64,000 nt of DNA, from IMG/VR virus record IMGVR_UViG_3300025319_000005, positions 124,001 to 188,000 of that record; one strand, given 5' to 3'. The translations under genes were made by a program, and so were the position numbers. Of the stretch, positions 55,387-62,295 are shown piece after piece; position 1 is the stretch's first letter, and each line of letters starts with the position of its first letter. Under the pieces are notes generated by a model, which was given only the letters and a program-made list of their open reading frames with translations, did not search any database and had not been told where the DNA came from.

Positions 55387-55955
55387 TGATAAAACCCTTT
55401 TCTTTTTATATAATTAGCAACTTGCGGTGCTAAAAAATCTTTCACATCTCTATTTTCCTTTATCTCGTTTCGGATAAATGTGGAAGACATTTCAATTAAA
55501 TTAACATCAAACATTTTTACTTTTGGATGTAAAATTAGATTACCGCCATCGCTGGAGCTACGTGAATATACATAAATTTGATATTCTTCAAGTATTTTTT
55601 GATAATCTTTCCACTTGTGTAAGTTTTCTAAATTATCAGTTCCCATTATTATAACAAATTCATTTTCTTTAAATGTTTCTTTTAATAAATTGAGCGTATC
55701 TATAGTATACGAAGGTTTTGATAAATTAAATTCAATATCACTGGCTCTCATATGTTCATTATCAATTAATGCCATATTAACCATTTTTAACCTTTCTTTT
55801 TCTGATAGTAGAGAATTTTTATCCTTGAGAGGATTGTGAGGAGATATTATAAACCACACACATTCCAATTCGGTATGTTCAAGCATGTAAGACGCCAATA
55901 TTGTGTGACCGTTGTGGATTGGATTAAAACTACCGAAGAATAAACCTATTTTCAT
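55383..55955 (-). CDS. nadD: nicotinate-nucleotide adenylyltransferase
   Basis: FFGSFNPIHNGH, SYTIDTL, IMGTDN, WKDY, MSSTFIR; start reassigned to 55955. Confidence 0.93.
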   Translation of the reverse strand: MKIGLFFGSFNPIHNGHTILASYMLEHTELECVWFIISPHNPLKDKNSLLSEKERLKMVNMALIDNEHMRASDIEFNLSKPSYTIDTLNLLKETFKENEFVIIMGTDNLENLHKWKDYQKILEEYQIYVYSRSSSDGGNLILHPKVKMFDVNLIEMSSTFIRNEIKENRDVKDFLAPQVANYIKRKGFYQ

Positions 55956-56037
55956 ATGTGATATTATTAAACGAAGATAATCATTATAATGTTGCAACTA
56001 ACTTTTTTAAACTATTTATTGAAAAAAGAAATATAAA

Positions 56038-57411
56038 ATGAATAATAAAGAACTAAGAAAATCGATAAGAAGGATTTTAAAGGAAAATCTTGAAAATTCT
56101 GATTGGGTGAATGCCAGTGATGCTCAAAAAGCTGCAATGCAAGATATAGACTCAGAAGATGAATTTGAACACTTAGGAACTAATAGGTTTGAAAAAGATT
56201 TTGATGTTGAAGATTTTCTATATGATTTAGAAGCTCAAAAAAATATGTCTGAGCCATCTGTAAAAAGATTAGAAAAACAAATTGGGCAATTAAAAAGATT
56301 TGGAAAGGGTTCTTTGAATGAATTATCGCCAGAAATAAGACAATCCGCACTTAAAAAAGCTGTTGATTATATTGAACAACCTGGAGATACCTATCATAAA
56401 GACCCGCTCCAATATATTAAGAAAAAAAACCAAGCAAATTCATTTATTTCTCATGTTAATCCTGAGTTAAAAAAAGAAGCTATGGAAATAGCAAAAATGA
56501 TAGATGTAAATTGTGAAAGTCGTATAGAAAAAGAAGCGGTAGGAAGTACACTTGAACCAAATGTTGTATTATATTTTGGTCAAAACATTGCAGATTTAAG
56601 TAATCAAATACTTAAAATTGCCATTAAAAAAGATAATCATACATGGGAAACCAAAAAATTTATTCCTGAAAATATTCAAAGAAGATTGGCTAATTTTATA
56701 AAAAAGATTCAAACAAAAGAAATATCTAGTCCAGTTAAACAATTGAATGAGAGATTTCTTGGTGGATGGCATTATTTCGCAACTCCAGAAGGTAAAGAAG
56801 AATATATTAAAGACCTCGAGTCTAAAAAGATTAATGCAAAAGGAGAAGAATTAGAGCAAATTGAAAAAGAACTTAAAAAGTTAAAATCAATAAAACCAAA
56901 ATCCTTAAAAGAAGAAACATCAAAACTTGACAAGCCAAAAGATTCTGCAGGAAATTCAATATCATCCGGAGTGAGAGTTGAAGATTTAGAGTCGGGTAGT
57001 GCTGGACGAGTTGAGAGATTTGGTATTGACGACAAAGGACAATTAACAGTTCATGTTGCTTGGATAACAAAATATGGACAGATAGCTCCAAAGTCCATTG
57101 TTTATCCCAAAAATATAATTGTTAAAGATTCTGCAAAAAAGATAACAGACGAAGGAATTAAAGATACTTTAAAAAATATTTATAAAGAATTGAATCCTAT
57201 TGAAAAATGGAAACAAATGAAAGAAAATCGTAAAAAGCTCGAAAAAGAAGTTAGTGATTTACGAAGAGAAGTTTCTGAAAAGGAAAAAGAATTAGAAAAA
57301 ATAGTGAATAGTAATCATATTAAAGCTGATGTAAGTAATGATGTTGACGAAGGAATTGGAGCTGGATTATCACTTCCAATAAAAAAAGGAGCCGGAAGCA
57401 GATTTAAATAA
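56038..57411 (+). CDS. multi-module protein with shared leader
   Basis: MNNKELRKSIRRILKE; LNE/LNE/LKEE/VDE junctions; TATTTA at 56013-56018. Confidence 0.6.
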   Translation: MNNKELRKSIRRILKENLENSDWVNASDAQKAAMQDIDSEDEFEHLGTNRFEKDFDVEDFLYDLEAQKNMSEPSVKRLEKQIGQLKRFGKGSLNELSPEIRQSALKKAVDYIEQPGDTYHKDPLQYIKKKNQANSFISHVNPELKKEAMEIAKMIDVNCESRIEKEAVGSTLEPNVVLYFGQNIADLSNQILKIAIKKDNHTWETKKFIPENIQRRLANFIKKIQTKEISSPVKQLNERFLGGWHYFATPEGKEEYIKDLESKKINAKGEELEQIEKELKKLKSIKPKSLKEETSKLDKPKDSAGNSISSGVRVEDLESGSAGRVERFGIDDKGQLTVHVAWITKYGQIAPKSIVYPKNIIVKDSAKKITDEGIKDTLKNIYKELNPIEKWKQMKENRKKLEKEVSDLRREVSEKEKELEKIVNSNHIKADVSNDVDEGIGAGLSLPIKKGAGSRFK

Positions 57412-57418
57412 AACTATT

Positions 57419-58432
57419 TTGGAAAATAAGTTAAGAAAATATATTCAAAAAATCCTTCAAGAATCTTTAAATACAGAAGACATTCCTGAAGACATCCCCA
57501 TTAAAAAAGATTTAAAATTCACTGAGACCTCAAGAGGTTCGCATCATGGCCAGCAGGATTTAACAGCTTATGCCACAATAGAGGGAATAGTAGTTGGCTA
57601 TGTTGAATATTCTATATTTCAGAACGAAATCCACATAGAAATGATTGAAGTTGTTGAAGAACAAAAAAGACAAGGAATAGCAACAAAATTATTTCATTTT
57701 ATAAGACTTAAAAATTCTGGTATGAAAATTATTCCAGGATATTCAACCGAAGAAGGAAGTAAATTTTATAATGCTTATAAAAGCAAAAAACTAAAAGAAG
57801 ATATAAATGTTCCTATAAATGTTGGAGATACCGTTCTTGGTGGCCGTTTTAAAAATAAAAAAATTATTATTAAAGATATAGGAAAGTCAGATAAGGGCGA
57901 CATTACAATTAATGACAAGCCTCTTTTAAAAGTTAGGATTCCAAAGAAAATAAATGAAGAAAAATTGACATGTTTATATATTCATGGTTTAGGAGCTGAA
58001 ATATCTGATGATATTAAAAATTCTCTTTCCAAATACAATCTCATATATCCCAAAATAAACTACGACAAAACAACAAAACCATATTATCAATGTTTAGAAA
58101 TATTAAATAAAGATAAGGTGGATTTTATAATAGGTCATTCTATAGGTGGAGTTATGGGTTATTATTTAGCTAAAGAAACAAATATTCCAGCTTTATTATT
58201 ATGTCCGGCATTTGGAGATGAATATAAAGTTCTCACAAGTAAGTTAGTTAAAGATAATAACCCAAAAATAGTTGTTATCATAGGAAAAAAAGATGATGAA
58301 GTTGATAATAAAAAAGTTAAATCCACTTTAGAAAATCAACCCAATTGTGTTATTAAAGAATTAAATATCGGACATGATATTACAGAAAAAAATCTGATTT
58401 TATTTGCTGATGGTTTTGTTGAAAATTTATAA
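57419..58432 (+). CDS. leader + GNAT + small beta module + alpha/beta hydrolase
   Basis: TTG start; KLRKYIQKILQE; KRQGIATKL; LKE and INEE junctions; GHSIGG nucleophile elbow, terminal GHD. Confidence 0.7.
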   Translation: MENKLRKYIQKILQESLNTEDIPEDIPIKKDLKFTETSRGSHHGQQDLTAYATIEGIVVGYVEYSIFQNEIHIEMIEVVEEQKRQGIATKLFHFIRLKNSGMKIIPGYSTEEGSKFYNAYKSKKLKEDINVPINVGDTVLGGRFKNKKIIIKDIGKSDKGDITINDKPLLKVRIPKKINEEKLTCLYIHGLGAEISDDIKNSLSKYNLIYPKINYDKTTKPYYQCLEILNKDKVDFIIGHSIGGVMGYYLAKETNIPALLLCPAFGDEYKVLTSKLVKDNNPKIVVIIGKKDDEVDNKKVKSTLENQPNCVIKELNIGHDITEKNLILFADGFVENL

Positions 58433-58459
58433 TTGAAATTATTATTTTTTAATATAAAG

Positions 58460-58532
58460 TGCTTCCAGTTGGACTTGAACCAACGACCCGAAAATTAAGA
58501 ATTTCCTACTCTACCATCTGAGCTATGAAAGC
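58460..58532 (-). tRNA. tRNA-Lys(CTT)
   Basis: cloverleaf, TT-CTT-AA. Confidence 0.92.
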
Positions 58533-58620
58533 AATAATTTATAATGTATTATAGATATATGTTGAGTAAAATCCACAGAATGTTCTATTTTATGGATTGT
58601 GCTCAACAAATATGTAATTG

Positions 58621-58694
58621 TGTGTCCGACAAGATTTGAACTTGTGACCTCCGCATTAAAAGTGCGGTATTCTAACCAGCTGAATTACGAACAC
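58621..58694 (-). tRNA. tRNA-Lys(TTT)
   Basis: cloverleaf, CT-TTT-AA. Confidence 0.92.
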
Positions 58695-58698
58695 ATAG

Positions 58699-58785
58699 TG
58701 TACCCAGAAAGATTCGAACTTTCAACGGCCTTTCGGCTCCCCACAGGGTAAAAACCTGTTGCTCTACCAATTGAGCCATGGGTAC
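58699..58785 (-). tRNA. tRNA with Lys(TTT) anticodon and 19-nt variable arm
   Basis: ACAGG-TTTTTAC-CCTGT; variable region GGGGAGCCGAAAGGCCGTT. Confidence 0.85.
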
Positions 58786-58789
58786 AAAT

Positions 58790-58826
58790 AAAAAAGCCTG
58801 AATCTACACAGAGACTCAGGCTTTTT
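58790..58826 (-). terminator. attenuator terminator upstream of the three tRNA-Lys genes
   Basis: AAAAAGCCTGAGTC/GATTCAGGCTTTTT + U run. Confidence 0.85.
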
Positions 58827-58841
58827 GGACTTATAAAAAAG

Positions 58842-58907
58842 TCAATGAGCTATCGTCCCCGGAGACCAGGGTTTCTTAGATTTTTTTATTTTGATTATTG
58901 TTAACAT
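58842..58907 (-). CDS. attenuator leader peptide 3 (21 aa, Lys-rich)
   Basis: MLTIIKIKKSKKPWSPGTIAH; stop lies inside the antiterminator 5' arm. Confidence 0.8.
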   Translation of the reverse strand: MLTIIKIKKSKKPWSPGTIAH

Positions 58908-59018
58908 TTTGTTTATTTTTTTAAATTAAAAAGAGCCCACACTCAACTGGTGGCTAATTTTTATGAACGAGTATTACCCAAGTTCTGTCATCCACTATGA
59001 CAAATTTCTATTGTTATT

Positions 59019-59371
59019 TTAACCTTGAATATCTTGACATTCCGTGATGTTATAGGTCTTTATAAAATCCTTACCATCAGTTATTATTAAATCCAAGTTA
59101 CTTGAATAGTACCCGTTATTAGAACCGTGTCCAGCTATTTTTACAGAATGTCCTTGTATTGGAATTAATTCAATTCCGTAATCAGGAATTCTTTTGAAGA
59201 AATCATCATTTGTTAAATCAAATTCTAATCCTTCAAATCAGCGATTGTTAAATCATCTAATGTTAATGAATGTGATTCACAACAATCTGATTCATGATTT
59301 GAATATAACTTTACTTCATTTTCAAATTCAATTGCATCTGAGTCAACTTTTACTACTTTTAATTTGTTCAT
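59019..59371 (-). pseudogene. frameshifted conserved hypothetical gene
   Basis: MNKLKVVKV..DCCE..AD then a frame change near 59235; one extra T gives DFEGLEFDL..NNGYYS and a 117-aa product. Confidence 0.65.
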
Positions 59372-59387
59372 TTTATTTATGTTTTTG

Positions 59388-59461
59388 GGTGCTATATCGG
59401 CTACGACCCGATTACCTTCTGTACCACAAACAGACACTCTACCAATTGAGCTAATAACACC
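59388..59461 (-). tRNA. tRNA-His(GTG)
   Basis: G-1:C73, TT-GTG-GT, T loop GTCGTAG. Confidence 0.9.
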
Positions 59462-59474
59462 ATATTAAATTTGT

Positions 59475-60245
59475 TTAAAATACAAATTTTAAGACTTTAA
59501 TATTATTTACTTTTTCACTATATCCAAAATTTCTAATTTCATCATGTATTTCTATGTGACAATTTGCACAAACCATAATACATTTATCAACTTCTACTTT
59601 TAATCTTTCAAAACCATAAGATTTGCCACCAATAGTAAAATCTTTTTCACTTGGATTTGTATGATGAAATTGTAAAACTGATGTTGATTTATTATATCCA
59701 CAACATTCACATTTCCATCCTTTATATTCAATTAATCTAATTTTACTTCTTTTTCTCCAATCTATAACAGCCTGACTTTTGGTTTTAGTTTTTTGTCTTT
59801 TTTTATTTGTTTTAATCAAATCATCAGAAATGTAATTTCTAATTGTTGTCCTATCTACCTTAAAATAAGCGGCTGTTTTTCTTAAAGACTTACTTTCTAT
59901 ATAAAAATTAACAACTTCTATTTCAATAAGTTCTTTTTTCTTAAATGTACCACTTGATTTATTTAATCCATACAAATTACATATTTTAATTAACTTATCT
60001 TCTCCAATGTCCAAAATTGACCTTATTTCGTCATAGCTTTTCAATTCTCTTCTGTAAGCAATTATTTTGTTTATAACTTCATCAGTTATTCCAATTAAAA
60101 AACTGTTTCTTACTCCGCCAAGTCCAACATTATTTATGTGATAAGACACAGTGCTTTTTGAACACTTTAATTGTTCAACTATTTCTTTTATAGTTGAGCC
60201 TTTTTCTCTTAAAGAGATAATTTTATTTTTCAAACCTTTATCCAT
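59475..60245 (-). CDS. HNH homing endonuclease with HTH repeats (paralog of 15297-15992)
   Basis: CECCG..LQFHHTNPSEKDF..KCIMVCANCHIEIH; start reassigned to 60245. Confidence 0.87.
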   Translation of the reverse strand: MDKGLKNKIISLREKGSTIKEIVEQLKCSKSTVSYHINNVGLGGVRNSFLIGITDEVINKIIAYRRELKSYDEIRSILDIGEDKLIKICNLYGLNKSSGTFKKKELIEIEVVNFYIESKSLRKTAAYFKVDRTTIRNYISDDLIKTNKKRQKTKTKSQAVIDWRKRSKIRLIEYKGWKCECCGYNKSTSVLQFHHTNPSEKDFTIGGKSYGFERLKVEVDKCIMVCANCHIEIHDEIRNFGYSEKVNNIKVLKFVF

Positions 60246-60316
60246 ATTATTAACTTTATTTGTTAATAAATATGGGATAAAATTCAAAAAAACAAAATTT
60301 ATTTCAAAGAACGTTG

Positions 60317-60388
60317 CGGACCCGCCTGGACTTGAACCAGAAAACGCAGATTAACAATCTGAAGTGATACCAATTTCACCACAGGTCC
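60317..60388 (-). tRNA. tRNA-Asn(GTT)
   Basis: cloverleaf, TT-GTT-AA, G73. Confidence 0.88.
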
Positions 60389-60394
60389 CAATAT

Positions 60395-60715
60395 TTATTT
60401 TTTAATTTCTTCTTTAGTAATAGAATCACCAACCTCTATTACTTTGCCAAAAACTTTTTTTGTCCAACCATTTATTCCTCCTTTATTATTTCCTATTAAA
60501 CAACCTTTTTGTGCATTAATTGCTTTTACTAAATGTGTGTAGAAATTGCCGTGCACTTTCGCATAGACTATATCTCCTACTTTAACTTCATCTATTGTAA
60601 TTGGGGCAATTTTATGTTCTTGTCCCGACTTAATTAAAGGAACCATTGAGTTTCCTTTTTCACTGGTGACGAAAGTCTCACCGTTTTGTAATCTTTCTAA
60701 TTTATAATTTCTCAT
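60395..60715 (-). CDS. S24/S26 peptidase-like protein
   Basis: GNSMVPLI..VGDIVY..HLV. Confidence 0.6.
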   Translation of the reverse strand: MRNYKLERLQNGETFVTSEKGNSMVPLIKSGQEHKIAPITIDEVKVGDIVYAKVHGNFYTHLVKAINAQKGCLIGNNKGGINGWTKKVFGKVIEVGDSITKEEIKK

Positions 60716-60731
60716 TTTTTATTATTTGTTT

Positions 60732-60820
60732 TGGCGGAAAACGGGCAAATCGAATACCATTCAAATTAACGAACCTCTCGCTTAGCAGGCGGAGACAACT
60801 CCCTGGTTGTTTCGTTTTCC
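60732..60820 (-). tRNA. tRNA-Ser(GCT)
   Basis: CT-GCT-AA, long variable arm, G73, CCA. Confidence 0.82.
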
Positions 60821-60847
60821 ATTTATTATTTCAAAGAACATTTTTTG

Positions 60848-60933
60848 CAGAGGCTAAGAGAGTTCAACTCTTACAACCTTTTCAAGTCCTAGCTATTTTC
60901 AAGATAGTGTACCTCCGTCAACTGGGAGCCTCT
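60848..60933 (-). tRNA. tRNA-Ser(TGA)
   Basis: AGAGGCT/AGCCTCT, CT-TGA-AA, long variable arm, G73, T loop TTGAACT. Confidence 0.8.
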
Positions 60934-61012
60934 ATGTTTGCCTATTAACTCTATCACTCACCTAAACGGTGGATTACAGAACTTCGGCAGGATTTTATTC
61001 CTGTTCAGTTAG

Positions 61013-61089
61013 TGGAGATTGCCAGAATTGAACTGGCGTTAATTTCACGGTTCTTCAAACCGCAGCTAGACCGTCTCAGCTAAATCTCC
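61013..61089 (-). tRNA. tRNA-Phe(GAA)
   Basis: cloverleaf, TT-GAA-GA, 9-nt variable region. Confidence 0.88.
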
Positions 61090-61114
61090 ATTATTTTCAA
61101 AAAACGTTATAAAA

Positions 61115-61150
61115 CAAAAAACCCGAACTCTTTTGTAAGTCCGGGTGTGT
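61115..61150 (-). terminator. attenuator terminator of tRNA operon 2
   Basis: ACCCGGACT/AGTTCGGGT + U6; 5' arm overlaps ACACACCCG. Confidence 0.85.
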
Positions 61151-61174
61151 TTATGTTGTTTTAATTTTAATCTT

Positions 61175-61264
61175 TTACGATTCAAAAGGACAATACACAC
61201 CCGCTCGGCTTTTATTACTAAAACTCGATTTGTTAAAATGCTTATGTGTATTATTTGTTGTCAT
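61175..61264 (-). CDS. attenuator leader peptide 2 (29 aa)
   Basis: MTTNNTHKHFNKSSFSNKSRAGVYCPFES. Confidence 0.85.
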   Translation of the reverse strand: MTTNNTHKHFNKSSFSNKSRAGVYCPFES

Positions 61265-61284
61265 TTTGTATTCTTAATATTCTT

Positions 61285-61368
61285 TAAATAGTATAAAAAA
61301 TTATTTTTCTAAAAATTCTTATTATCAATTATAACGCAAAGATATAATTAAAGTTTCAAAAAAGCAAA
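61285..61368 (-). promoter_or_regulatory. tandem promoters of tRNA operon 2
   Basis: TTTG-N20-TATCTTTG (61337-61368) and TATTTA (61285-61290); homologous to 52917-53002. Confidence 0.75.
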
Positions 61369-61404
61369 TTTATTTTGATTTATTTTTTATTTCATTAAAA
61401 AAGG

Positions 61405-61687
61405 TATCTCGGGTTTTCTGATAATTTGCCGTTGTCATACTGATTAGAGTCGAACTAATCGTGTTGCGTTTCTACATTTCTACAATTTACATTTTTACAA
61501 AGTCGGCCTTTTTGATTCTATTGCCTTTTCCATAAGGATGTCTTGTGAGACTTGTTTTTTGTATTTATCTCCTTTCGAAGTTAATTACTATGAACGTTTT
61601 TTAGAAACTTTCTTGAAACTATCTGGTGTATCGTCACCTGAACCTATCCGGTAAATGTTGCCGGAACCATCCATACTGGCCCGAGAA
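61405..61687 (-). ncRNA. unidentified ~280-nt structured RNA downstream of the DIP1984-like gene
   Basis: closing stem TCTCGGG/CCCGAGA; T-arm mimic GATTAG-TTCGACT-CTAATC; four TGTA-A-rich repeats. Confidence 0.6.
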
Positions 61688-61692
61688 TGTTT

Positions 61693-62229
61693 TTATTCAG
61701 AACTCATAAGAGATTCTAAATCTACATGAGAAAAAGAAAGCTCTATTGTTTTTTGATTTAATATTTCAATTTCATTTTGAGTGGTTCTGTACTTTGTTTT
61801 GAAGTGTGAAATTTTACTTTTCACTTCCGTAGAAGTAACAGCCGGAATATATTCAACTTTTATTGATTTTCTTGTTCCGTTTCCAAGGTTCTCAAATTTT
61901 GTTGTTTTTGTTGGTTTAGTGCGAGCTAATGCATTTTCATAAATTGATAATAGCAATTTGTTATTATGCATAGAGCGAACTTTATTGTCTACTTGATTTT
62001 CTTTGTTAAAAGAAGAAATCTTTGAATTTATTTCTTCAGAAAATCCAAGGGCTTTTTCCAAACGAGAAACAGCTTCTCCAAATTTTTTAATATCTGCCTC
62101 ATCAGTAATGACCTGGTCATCTTCTTTAGTTGAACCAAGTGGAGCTCTAAAAGTTTCACTTTGAATAGATTGAACTGATTTAGAAATTTCATTTTTAAGT
62201 CTTAGTGCTTCTGATACAGTAATGTTCAT
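61693..62229 (-). CDS. DIP1984-like coiled-coil protein
   Basis: VSEALRLKNEI..INSKISSFN..TQNEIEILN pattern. Confidence 0.55.
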   Translation of the reverse strand: MNITVSEALRLKNEISKSVQSIQSETFRAPLGSTKEDDQVITDEADIKKFGEAVSRLEKALGFSEEINSKISSFNKENQVDNKVRSMHNNKLLLSIYENALARTKPTKTTKFENLGNGTRKSIKVEYIPAVTSTEVKSKISHFKTKYRTTQNEIEILNQKTIELSFSHVDLESLMSSE

Positions 62230-62295
62230 GATGATATATTTTAATTATTTATTGTTTGGGATACAAATGTAATAATAAATTTAATACAAACAAAT

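Noticed and set aside
58933-59001. preQ1 or SAM-II riboswitch
   Set aside because: An A-rich tract is present but the required pseudoknot and loop consensus were not found
59223-59227. Amber read-through or alternative genetic code
   Set aside because: The frame after this TAG closes within three codons while the -1 frame continues; other genes are full length in code 11 and no suppressor tRNA is seen
59372-59437. N-terminal extension of ORF 59225-59437
   Set aside because: Overlaps tRNA-His; the ATG at 59371 is the plausible start
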